DNA of 64,000 nt, from assembly GCA_013239625.1 (NCBI GenBank), contig MU053431.1, positions 558,001-622,000 on the forward strand. The letters are read 5' to 3'. The notes under the pieces are model-generated. The model was given only the letters and a program-made list of their open reading frames with translations. It did no database searches and was not told the DNA's origin. Every line of letters starts with the position of its first letter. Position 1 is the first letter of the stretch. Source of the stretch: Lama guanicoe. Taxonomy: Eukaryota. Shown piece by piece: positions 1 through 10,120 of the stretch. A program made the position numbers and the translations under genes.

Positions 1-309
1 GGGACCAGATCCCACAGACCCTTGGGCGGCACCCGTGCTCACAGATGTGACAAGTCGGAAGTGCTAGTCCTGACATTCCAGCCCCGTCTGCCCAACTGCC
101 CGGGGGAGCGTCCCCTCAGTGTCGCCCACTGTTTAATGAAGCCCAGCAACCAGGGTGGCCGACTCCATCCTGCGTCCACGTGGGCCCCGCCTGTGCTGAC
201 GCCGGGGTCCTGGCGACACACGTTAGATACTCTTTTCTTTTCATTTGTAGTTTTTATTTATTTTTAACTTTTTTATTAGATATTCTTATTATCTGCATTT
301 TGCACGCAG

Positions 310-411
310 AATCAGGGCACAGCAGGGCCACCAGGCGGTCGTGGGGACTCGAGCACCTGCGGTCCGGCTCCTGACCACGCCTCCGCGGGGTCGGAGGCAG
401 TGGGTGTGCAG
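310..411 (+). CDS. Candidate internal exon A of an unidentified gene
   Basis: A long T-rich tract ends in ttttgcacgcAG (308-309); donor CAG|GTGACC at 411/412. 102 nt, open in phase 2 (IRAQQGHQAVVGTRAPAVRLLTTPPRGRRQWVC) and phase 0 (NQGTAGPPGG...GVQ). No recognised homology. Confidence 0.35.
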
Positions 412-1873
412 GTGACCCTGCCTTGAGTGATGTGTACCCGGGGAGGTGCGGGGCCGTGGCTGCCGCTCTCCACGCGCAGTTCCCACCTGGAGCGCTGTTT
501 CTGGAAGGTCACTTCTGAAGGGGATGCTGTTCTGAGAAGGGAGCACCAGAGGCCCTGGAAGGGGAGGCCCTGCCCACGCGCGGGTCACTCCGCAGGACTC
601 AGCACTGCGCTCCGGGGCTGAGCGGACGGGGCCGCCGCCCAGGCCTGGCCAGGTGGCCGTGCCCTGGGCGGCATGCTGAGCGCGCGTGGGCCTCACGGTG
701 ACGCTGGCTTCAGACCTGCGTTGGCATCGCCCGTCCCCAGGTGGCCACAGCTGTCGTCACCCGTAGGTTTCATTGTGTCAGGAGGGGCAGGGGTGAGACC
801 CCCGAATGTTTTCTAGAGACTTGGTTTTCCTGAGACTCCTCACAGTTGGGATGCCCCAGTCACCCCCGACGGCGGGAAGGCGGAGAGGAGCATCAGGGCC
901 TCTGAGAGCTGTCACTGCACAGGCGTAAACTGCCAGAGGTGTCTCCCCGCGCCCACCCTGGGGATGCTGGTCTGAATAACTCAGGCAACAACGCTTCCAT
1001 CGGGAACTTAAAATCATAGCAAAGTGGTCGACAGAGCGGTTCCTTCTGGGCTCTAACTCCTAGGATCCACTTCAAATGTCTGAGAAAATATAATTTTATG
1101 CATAAAAAAGGGCCAGGAGGCTACGTACACACATATAAAGCCCTGTTAACACGAGCAGGGGGTTATGGAAGGCTACTGTTTTTCCTCTTTTAAGAAACCA
1201 CCCGCACATACTAAGATTCCACGCTGTGCTTTCCAGAGAACTCGTGGAAGGAGCATAAACGTGCAAACGCAACCCCGACGTCGCACAGCGCGTCCAGTGG
1301 TGTGAAGCCCCTCCGTCCCTGGCTCCAGGCCGTGCCCGGGCCCAGGAAGGGCTGGGACACGCAGGCTGTGCCCTGCACGGGGGGAAGGTGGTTCCATCGG
1401 TGACTGTGCCCTGCGCGTGTGATGGTGCTCCGGGTGCTTATTTAGCTGCCTGTCGAGCGAGGGTGACAGTCCCTCCTGGGTTCAGTTGAGTGGGACCGTT
1501 ACCCAGGCCGCTACCCAGGATGGCCGCAGGTCCAGCAAGAGGCCCTGCCAGCAAGACCCTCCGGAACGGCAGGTCGTGGTCCTCTCCCCGCCCTTTCTGA
1601 ACCGTCCCCTGCTCTCGTGTGTCCCCCGACGTCTTCCCAGAGATCTCCTTCCTTGCTCGATTTGACCGGCAGGAGTGTGTTGTTACAGCGAATGTCCCCA
1701 CACGGCAGCAGTGCCACGTGAGCGATCTCTGGCTCCCGGGAAGTCCAGACGCAGCACCGTGAGTCCCTGACCCTTCCCCAGTGGTGGCCTCTCGGAGAAT
1801 CGCAGCGCATCAAAGCCAAAGAGCTGGCGCTAGTGCGACACTGTTGAGTGTGTTCCGGTCCTTACCTACTCAG

Positions 1874-1951
1874 CTGTCGCCGCACTGTGAGTGACAGGAG
1901 CCTAGATTATGTCATTAGAGGGGCCTTGCTGGAAAACACAGTCCAAGTGAG
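1874..1951 (+). CDS. Candidate internal exon C of an unidentified gene
   Basis: Acceptor ccttacctactcAG (1872-1873); donor GAG|GTGAGG at 1951/1952, with alternatives at 1946/1947 and AAG|GTAAGT at 1966/1967. 78 nt, phase 2 to 2, CRRTVSDRSLDYVIRGALLENTVQV; the other two frames stop early. Confidence 0.4.
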
Positions 1952-2044
1952 GTGAGGATGTTCAAGGTAAGTCATGAGCTTTACAGACAGTCTCTCATCC
2001 AGTGGGGTTAAGGTCATATGAATCAAGAAACTGAGGTCCTTATA

Positions 2045-2210
2045 TCATCTTGAGGAAGTTGCTTCGCCATTCTGTGCCTCTGTTCCTCATGTACAAAATG
2101 GGGACAGTGATGACGTTTACCTCGTACCGCAGTTACGGGGTTTAAATGGCGTGATCCATGCGACCTCTGAGCAGAGTGTGACGCCCGGCAGAGGCACACG
2201 GCAGCTGCCA
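2045..2210 (+). mobile_element. MIR SINE
   Basis: ctgtgcctctgttcctcatgtacaaaatggggacagtgatg matches the MIR core. Confidence 0.75.
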
Positions 2211-2473
2211 CTGACGGGACGCCTGTCGATGATGTCGGTGATGAGGGTGGGGGCGCCGATGGCTGGTCGGTGGGACCTGGAGAAAGCTGGCCTCTGGCTG
2301 CGGCTGGGCCTGTCGCCGGCGTCCTTGTAAGCCTGCTGCCAGGGCTTCGGAGCAAGCAGGGCGGAGCCTGAGCTTCTCTCCAGAGCTGCTGAGCTTGATT
2401 TATTGGCTCGGCTCGTTTGAGTGCATTTCTTGGAGTTGATTTATTGATGGTTATTTGTTCTCTTTTGCCACAG

Positions 2474-2606
2474 AAGTCACCTCACAGCAAGCCTTCTTCC
2501 CAAGGCAGGTGGGACGTTCCAGGCTTCCCCGCCCCACCTGGCCCTGCAGAAGTGATCCTCTCGGAAATCGAGGCGCTAAGTAACGCCCGTGAGGCTGCTC
2601 CGGGAG
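2474..2606 (+). CDS. Candidate exon D of an unidentified gene (3' boundary uncertain)
   Basis: Strong acceptor ttatttgttctcttttgccacAG (2472-2473). Phase 0 is open to GAG|GTCAGT at 2606 (KSPHSKPSSQGRWDVPGF...AAPG). Phase 2 is open to CAG|GTGGGA at 2508 or to TGA at 2553-2555, followed by ATTAAA at 2680 and 2771. Confidence 0.4.
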
Positions 2607-3138
2607 GTCAGTTCCTTTCTGTTTCAACTGGGCACCTTTTGGAGCTGAACAAGAAACGCTCCCTTCCACGGCGATGAAAATTAAAGAAATTGCACAAAAA
2701 ATACCACAAGACCAAAAACAAACAAACCAAGCTGCCACGTGAGGCTTACAGCACAGCGAGGTTAATAGGTATTAAAAGTAATCACACTGATGGCTAAATG
2801 CTGCTTGAAACGTGTACATCATTCTACGTTTCAAGGAAAAACATGGGAGAAAGTCTGTCAACAGGAAAATGGCTAAATTAAAACGGATCTTTTTTCTCAG
2901 TAGAAGACAACATGCAATTCAGAATGAAGGCACATCTGTCTGCTATCGTGGGTGGATCTCTGAATTCACCTCACTTAGAGTAAAAGGGGGTTCAGACTGA
3001 CTAAAGTATGTATTTTTCTATAGGAATATACAGATGTGTATAAAAATATTTTTAAAGCTTAGAGAAACAGAGAGAGAAACTTGAGTCTTACTAGGACGTT
3101 TCTCCCTACCTTCTCGCAAGGGAGTTTATTCATCTCTC

Positions 3139-3453
3139 GGGGTGGAGGGCACAGCCCAGCGGTAGAGCATGTGCTTAGCATGCGTGAGGTTCTGGGTTCA
3201 ATCCCCAGTGCTGCCGTCAAAAAAAAGTAATTGGAAATAAATAACCTTAGTTACCCCCTCCCCTCCAAAAGACAAACAGTTTTAAGAAAAAATTTTAGAA
3301 GGTGGAGTAAAATATTTTCTAAAAATGTTAATGCTTAAGATGTTAAAAAAAAAAAGCCAGTGGTTCCTCAAAGGCTCTTCTGTACTGCTTCGTGGAAATA
3401 TCCTGTTCCTCTGGGCAGGAGATGAAGATGCTGAGATGCCTTAAAAAAAAAAA
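3139..3453 (+). mobile_element. tRNA-Ala-derived SINE (vic-1 type) with extended 3' tail
   Basis: A-box-like cagcggtagagc, B-box ggttcaatcccc, typical tail aaataaataaccttagttaccccc, final A11; TSD 3122-3137 / 3454-3469 (14/16 identical). Confidence 0.9.
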
Positions 3454-3928
3454 GAATTCATTCATCTCTAATTCATGTGATTAACAATTTTAAGTACCAA
3501 ACTTGAAGCTAAGAGAAATACCTTAGAAAATGACCCTTTCCTATAGCTCGCTTCCTCCTTACAAGTAAGGGGAGGCATCTCGCCAATTCAAGCACACGAC
3601 GTGGGCCAGTCTCCAGGTGCGTCTGTGAGTGGGCCAGGTGCATTTGGCAGGAGCCAGCACCCAGCAAAGACAAGGAACCGGGTGAGCAGGACCTGAGTGA
3701 AATGGAGAAAATGGGGAAATGTCCCTTGGTGCCTCCCCCACCCCCAGCAGAGCCCACTGGCCCCTGAGTCTCTCCTCTCAACTCTGCTCTTGTCTGCACG
3801 TCCATCCTGAAGGGACCTTTCCAGTTTTCAATTCTCCAGGAACTTTGTAGGTGTACGTGCGAACTACAGTGTCACCGCCTAACCCAGGGACCCCTGCAGA
3901 CACATGTTAACATGTCGATGGAGGGTGT

Positions 3929-4088
3929 ATGTTATGGACTAAATGGTGTAATCCCCCCCACCCCCAGATTCATGTGTTGAAGTCCTGGCCTTCAGTGGGG
4001 CTGTATGCAGAGGCGGCTCTAAGAAGGCAATGCGGATGAAACGAGGTCGTCAGGATGTGGTCCTGACCCAGCAGAGCTGGCGTCTTCA
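3929..4088 (+). mobile_element. MLT1A/B-type MaLR LTR, 5' part
   Basis: Starts tgttatggactaaatg; contains attcatgtgttgaagtcct and gaggtcgtcaggatgtggtcctgaccc. Confidence 0.75.
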
Positions 4089-4303
4089 CATTGTGTTCTC
4101 CCTCCGTGCACGTCTGTGTCCAAGTTCCCCATCTTTTATGAAGACCCCAATCAGGCTGGATCAGGGGCCAACTCTAGTCCAGGAGGACCTCATCTTAGCT
4201 AATTATATCTGCAGTGACCCTGTTTCCAAAAAACATCACGTCCTGAAGTACTGAAGGTGAGGATTTCAACATAGGGATTTCCAGGAGACAATTCACCCGT
4301 CAC
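4082..4303 (-). mobile_element. MLT1B/C-type MaLR LTR, 5' part, antisense
   Basis: gacctcatcttagctaattatatctgcagtgaccctgtttccaaa...ggatttcaacatag...acaattcacccgtcaca. Confidence 0.85.
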
Positions 4304-4769
4304 AGATGGCCTTCAAGAACTCTAGTAAGTCCAGTGGAATAAAACCTCCAGTAAATCATGCTTCAGCCACCAGAGTAATACCAGTAACTTGTACCAAGAC
4401 AAGCTCAGTAAATATCCTTCAGGGAAAACAGTGAGCACAAATCCTGCGTGAAGACACGCCATCTGTCGTTCATTGATGTGCTCGGTGCTAGGCTTAGCTC
4501 TGACAACGCGTCGGCCAGAATCAGGCGCTGGGGACGCCACAGACGGCTTCATCGCCTCTGACGTCCCCCGGGAGCCTTCAGCAAACGGAGAAAGAATCAC
4601 TAGGTGTGTGTATACAGCAAGACATTATCAGCGACCTGGAACTGCAAAGTTTAGGACCCCACATCTTGGAATGGGAACACTAAATACCTTTGAAATGTGA
4701 ATTCTACCCAATAATATATTTCCAACTAAATTCCTAAGATAAGTTTTTTTGGAGGGAAAAGCATTTCTA

Positions 4770-5700
4770 CGTTTCATTGAGAGGAATAAACATCAGAAAT
4801 GCGGTGCTGAAAAAAACAATGGAAGTGTCTCAGATATGTTCCAATGAAATGTAATAGCCGTGGCAAAGGTTCTGCTGCTGGAAGGAGTTCTGGGGAAGCG
4901 TGGTGGTGATGGCTGCACAGCAGCGTGAATGCGCTCAGTGCCACTTGACTGTACATTTTTAAATGGTTAAGATGGTATGTTTTATGGTGTCTGTATATTA
5001 CCACAATAAAAACAAAATTGTGGCAAAGGTATCAAAACATATAGATCAATAGAACAAGAACCTATCTCAGCATAATAGAAGAATTTATTTAACAGTCGTG
5101 TTAATGGAGGAGGCATCAAGTATTTGGAAAAAAAAGGTTACTTCAAAATACCATTCCTTACATCAAACAAATTCAAATGTATCAAAACGTCGATGTAAAA
5201 CACAACTATCAAAGTGCTAGAAGAAAATTAACTTGCATAGTATGCAATCCTGCTGAAAGGGGACATTCTCCCAAGCATGATATTAGAAATCCTAAATAAA
5301 AATATCGATAGAGTTTGCAAAATAAAAGCGTTGTATCACACACACACACACACGCAAGTGCAAAAGTTAAAAGGCAAGTTTGGAACACAGCTGCACTGTA
5401 TATAACAGATGGTTAATATCCTTAGCATAGAAATATGCGTAGCATGCGCTGTCCAATAGAAGAATGGGCAAGGAGCTCAAACGTTTGTTTTACAAAAGAG
5501 GAAATACATGTAACCCAGCAATCAGAAACAGTCAGGGAAATGTAACTTCAAACAAAGTAAGCAAATCCTTTCCATGAATCAGATTAGAAAAACAAAAAAT
5601 GAATGAAAATAACAAGCTGGAAAGCGTCCTTGAATGTGATTTTGTAACATGTTATCAACACTTAAACGCATGCACGCATTCAAATAATCACACTGTCCAC
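4770..5700 (+). mobile_element. Ancient L1M(E) ORF2 remnant, interrupted
   Basis: A-rich; catatagatcaatagaacaaga, aaattcaaatgtatcaaa, actatcaaagtgctagaagaaaa and ccaatagaaagaatgggcaa are typical degenerate L1 ORF2 motifs; (CA)n near 5337-5353. Confidence 0.7.
4871..5019 (+). mobile_element. L1MB-type 3' end stub
   Basis: gtggtgatggctgcacagcagcgtgaatg...aaatggttaagatgg...accacaataaaaa; flanked by perfect gtggcaaaggt at 4860-4870 and 5020-5030. Confidence 0.85.
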
Positions 5701-6039
5701 AGTGACGGACGCGCACAGAAACAGAGGGAGATCAAGAGCGACTAACGGAAATGATCAGAAAGAACCTACGGCATTTTGATCCCAAGTTTCCTAAGCCCCC
5801 GAGGAGTTTTGCCGAGAGAAGTTTCCTTTTGCGGCATGTGGCTTGTCCCCACAAACACGGCTTGTTCTCTCGATACGTGCACGAGAAGAAACAGAAAAGC
5901 CCTTTGTGCTGCTTTAGGCAGGGGGCTCCTTGGAGGCGCGCAGCGTCTCTGAAAGCTTCCCTGCGTGTGCACACCCTCTCCTGTCGCATCCTCAAAGACC
6001 CACTTCCGTGAGACCAGCCTAAATTATGTATTGCACCGT

Positions 6040-7810
6040 CACCGCAGGGTTTCTTTCCGTTTTGCTTCTGCTGAGTTCCCCTGTTCTCTTTGTCGTTTAT
6101 TGCCACTCTGATCTTTATTACGTCCTCCTTTCTGCTTGCTTTGAGGTTAGCCTGCTCTTTTTTTCTGGTTCTTAAGGTGGAAGGTCAGGGTATTGACTGA
6201 GGGTCTTTCTCATTAAAAGTGTACAAATTGAATTTCCTTTTAAAAACTGCTTTGGCTGCACCCTCTGGTTTCAGCATGCTGTGATTTTGTTTCCATGCAT
6301 TTCAAAGTGTTTCCTAACTTCCCTTGTAATTTCTCCTTTGACGTATTGGTCAGAGGAGTGTTTTATTTAGTTTTAATGTATTTGTGAATTTCCCAAATTC
6401 CCTTTCGTTATTGATTTTGTTATTGATGCCACTGTGGTCAGAGAACCTACTTGGAATGACTTCACTCCTTTTAAACGTATTCAGTCTTGCTTTGTGACCT
6501 GCCACTTGGTCTCTCCTGGAGACGATTACACGCAGGCTTGCAAAGAATGTGCATTCCGCTCCTTTGGGTGGGCGCTGTGGATGTACGTGAGGTCTGGTTG
6601 GCTTGTAGTGCTGAAGAGTCCTCTGTTCCCTCAGCAGTCTTCTGCTTGCTTGGTCTAACCGTCGTTGAAAGTAGGGTATCGAGGTCTCCAACTGCTGTTG
6701 AATTGTCTGTCTCTCGTTTCAGATCCTGTCTTCCTTCATATATTTTGAGTCTCTGTTGTTAAGTGGATAGATGTGTATAATCATCATGTTTTTCTGGTGG
6801 ATTGACCCTTTTGACATAAAATATGCTGCTTTATCTAGAGTAACAATTGTTTGCTTTAAACTGAATTTTGTCTGGTGTTGACAGACCCACTCACCTGATT
6901 GGGCTGTTTGCATGTTCTGTAATTAGTCATCCTTTTACTTTCATTTTTTTCTATGTCTCTGAATCTACAGGGTCTCTTGTAGACAGCAGATATTGGATCA
7001 TATTTTAATAGATTTAATCTATTTAGCTTTTTATTTGAATTGGAGCGTTTAACCCATTTAAATTGAATCTAATTACTGACAAGGTAGAATTTTATATGTG
7101 CCATTTTATTTGTTTTCTGTATGTCCTGTGTCTGTTTATTCCTCTGTTCTAGCATTACTGCCTTCTTTAGAGATAAATAGTGCAGTATTTTAATTCCCTT
7201 TTATTTCTCCTACTATATTTTTGAGTTATTTTCTTAGTGGTTTCCCTGGGGATTATAATAGCATACTGGTGTTTGGATTAACACCAAGTTGATTTCAATA
7301 GTACACAGAAACTTTGCTTCAGTAGAGTTTTTTTCTTTCTCTTCCTTAGTGCTATTGTTGTGACACAAATTACATTTTTGTACATTACACCCATCAGCAT
7401 AGTTCTATAACTGTTGCTTTTTTTTTTCAGTTGTCCTTTAGATTAGCTGGGAGATGAAAAATTGGAAAAATGCGTTTATGTTGTTTCATGTGTACTTATG
7501 CAGTTCGCTTTAGAAGGATTTTCATTCCTTCACGTCCATTCAGATTGCTGTCATGTTCTTCCCCCTTTGGCCTGAAGGATTCCCATTGTTCCCTGTGCAG
7601 CAAGCAGTCCTGCTAGTGACGGGCCCTTTCCTTTTTGTTTAAATCAGACTCTGTCCCAGTTTATCCTCCATTTTTCAAAGGGCAGTTGTACCGGGTGTGG
7701 GATTCTTGGCTGGTCATCTTTTTCTTTCATCGAGTTGGTTGTGCCGTCCTGCTGTGTTCTGGCCTCTGTGGTATCTGATGAGAAGTCAGCAGTTAACCTT
7801 ATGCAGGTTT
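6040..7810 (-). mobile_element. Decayed L1M: ORF1 C-terminus to ORF2 endonuclease
   Basis: ORF track 6350..6691 gives GHKARLNTFKRSEVIPSRFSDHSG (L1 endonuclease end); 7644..7883 gives IRLTADFSSDTTEAR...QPRIPHP (L1 ORF1 C-terminus). Confidence 0.92.
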
Positions 7811-7844
7811 TGAAGATACCTTTGTATCTTCCAATTTTATCTTT

Positions 7845-8020
7845 CCAATTTTGCATTGTGGTAAAATCCATATCACAGAACATTGACCATCTGAACTGTT
7901 TTCACGTGTACAGTTCAATAGTATCAAATACATACATTATGTTGTGTAACCAGCACCACCATCCATCTTCATAACTCTCTTCATTTGTGAAACCGAAACT
8001 CTGTGCCCATTCAACAGTTC
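7845..8020 (-). mobile_element. L1MB-type 3' end, antisense
   Basis: attgtggtaaaatcc...gtgtacagttcaatag...ttgtgtaaccagcaccaccatccatc...gaaactctgtgcccatt. Confidence 0.85.
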
Positions 8021-8640
8021 ATTAAGTTCCGAAGTCAGGCTGTTGATCTGAGATCTTTCTTTCTTTTTTTTTTTTTTTGATGTCAGCATTTATAGCTATA
8101 AACTTCCCCCTCAATGTTGCCTTGCTGGACCCCTAGGTTTCAGCATGTTGTGTTTTTATTTCCACTTGCTTCTAGGCATTTTCTAATTTATCTTGTGATT
8201 TCTTCTTGGCGTGATTGGTTGTTTAAGAGCTTGGTGTTTAGTTCCCACAGGTTTGCCAGTTCCTCGGTTTCACTTCTGTCGTCCACGTCTACCTTCATCC
8301 CGCTGTGCTCAGGGTGGGTACTTGTATGAGCGCTGTCTTTTAAAATACACTTAAACTCAACTTGTGGCATAACATATGATCTATCCTGGAGAAAGCCCCG
8401 TGTGCACAGGGTATGTTTGTTAGATTCAGTCGGTTCGTTGTGTTAAGTCCTCTATTTCTTTACTTACCTTCCATCAGGTTGTTTTATCCATTATTGAGAG
8501 TACAGTATTGAAATCTCAAACTATCATTATAGAGCTGCCCATTTCCCCCTTTAATTCTATTAGCTTTTGCCTCAAATGTTTTGCTGGTCAGTTAGTCGGC
8601 GTGCAGATGTTTGCAGTTGTAATGTCTTCCTGCTGTATTG
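8021..8640 (-). mobile_element. Second L1M endonuclease-region fragment
   Basis: ORF track 8188..8370 gives EHSGMKVDVDDR...LWELNTKLLNNQSRQEEITR, homologous to 6350-6450. Confidence 0.85.
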
Positions 8641-8697
8641 CCGTGCATCTCACCTGGGACCACCGAGACCTGACTTCCCATACCTGTGCCTTTTCAG

Positions 8698-8807
8698 ACA
8701 GGTTACCTGGCTCAGACAAGTCAAATATCCAAAAAGATGTCACCGCCACCACCCAGGACCTGCCGTTTTGGACTTTAAGGGATGAATCCAGGTCTAGTTC
8801 TCCATAG
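8698..8807 (+). CDS. Candidate terminal coding exon E of an unidentified gene
   Basis: Branch-like ctgac (8670-8674); acceptor cctgtgccttttcAG (8696-8697). Phase 1 reads DRLPGSDKSNIQKDVTATTQDLPFWTLRDESRSSSP then TAG (8805-8807). Both candidate donors of exon D end in phase 1. Confidence 0.4.
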
Positions 8808-9050
8808 AGAGCCGAGACGTAGGTTTAAGGATCTGCCAGAAGCAATGGGATTGTTTCCACCAAGAGAGGATCGGCATGCAACTATTAAAATGGCTTGTTC
8901 GCAAAACACTACAAAATAGTTCTTCATCTGCAAAATCACCATGGCAAATATCACCCCAGCGCATTAGGTGTTTGTGTGTTTTGCTGAAAACTCTATCTTT
9001 TCTAAAAGATTGCTACCTAAATAAGAATGCTCTGGAGATCCTAATACGGA

Positions 9051-9090
9051 AATAAAAGGATGGTTCTGTCAATTCTGGTGTCTCTTTTAA
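9051..9090 (+). terminator. Candidate polyadenylation signal
   Basis: AATAAA at 9051-9056, followed by a GT/T-rich element (tggttctgtc...tggtgtctctttt), about 245 nt after the exon E stop. Confidence 0.35.
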
Positions 9091-9119
9091 GGAGGAGAAA
9101 TGTGATGCTCTGTGCCGCC

Positions 9120-9209
9120 TGCCTCCCCACACATCTCTCTCTCCACTGCTCTTCCCTCCCTCTCCCTCTCCTCCTGTCTAACCCTCTCCCTCTCTCTCAC
9201 TGTTTCCAG
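9120..9209 (+). repeat. CT-rich low-complexity tract ending in a possible splice acceptor
   Basis: About 90 nt of mostly C/T ending tgtttccAG at 9208-9209. Confidence 0.6.
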
Positions 9210-9874
9210 TGCTCGAGCTGTCAGAAAGTCCTCAAACCTAAGCAGTCATCGCAGAGAGCTCCAGGCTGTGCATTCTACACAGAGGCTGCGACATATTTAC
9301 ATATTTTAAGGGGAACGAGCCACAAGTGTTCTCAGCGGGAATCTGGTGGGGCTTTTAACTTTCCAAGGCAACATCGCCTATTCCTGGGAGCAATTAGTGC
9401 CCCTCGCAATAGCCCCGATGCAAACTCCACAGTGACAGGAGGACGGAAGGAAGCACAGTCGTGGCTCAGGGGAGGCAGCCTCTCACGGCTGGCAGTGAGG
9501 AAGGGGGAAGGACCAGCGCGGCGAACCCCGCCGGGGGGCTCACCGCAGGGAAGCTGCCAGCCTTTGCTTTCACGGAGACGGACAGAGCCTAGGAAGGCAG
9601 GGCTGCGTGACGGGCTTTGTGTATTAGTTACGTGGCGGTGATAAGGCAGGCCAGCTTGACCTGCCGCCTCCCACGTAGGAGTTGCACTGAGTTCAAAGCA
9701 GCAGGTTTCTGTGTTTGGAGGCAGACGCGTTCTGTGGGCACCACCCGTGCGGAGAAAGCAGACTTCAATATCTCCCTTTTGTGCAGGGCCTGGAGAAATG
9801 TGACTTACCTTGTGGTTTCTGCAAGACGGGCTGGAGGGTTTGGAAGCTGACAGCCCCTCCCCAGTTTCCACGCT

Positions 9875-10120
9875 CACCTGTTTACTGGGTGGCATCCAGG
9901 CACCAAGCACCATGCTGGACTCTTCACGAGCATCATTTTTGCCCTTTCCACAGCCCAGCAGTTTTAGGTGGATGATGGGTTTTAAGTTGGGAGGGTTTTT
10001 TTTGAACTGTCTGCTTTTATTAATTGTTATTTTATTGTTGTGTCAAAGCCATAGAGCTTGTGAGTGGCAGAGCTGAGACGTGAGCCTATGTCCGCCCTTG
10101 CCCCCGGCTCCAGAGTCTCC
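9875..10120 (-). mobile_element. MIR SINE, degenerate
   Basis: ccaagcaccatgctggactcttcac...aagccatagagcttgtgagtggcagagctgagacgtgagcc. Confidence 0.6.

Noticed and set aside
1641..1758. Additional candidate exon (acceptor at 1640, donors at 1717 and 1758)
   Set aside because: The 118-nt form is open only in phase 1, which exon 310-411 cannot supply without a stop; the 77-nt phase-0 form fits but has no independent support.
3139..3216. Functional tRNA-Ala gene (also 58022-58094 and 62070-62143)
   Set aside because: A-rich tails, TSDs and divergence between copies identify them as SINEs.
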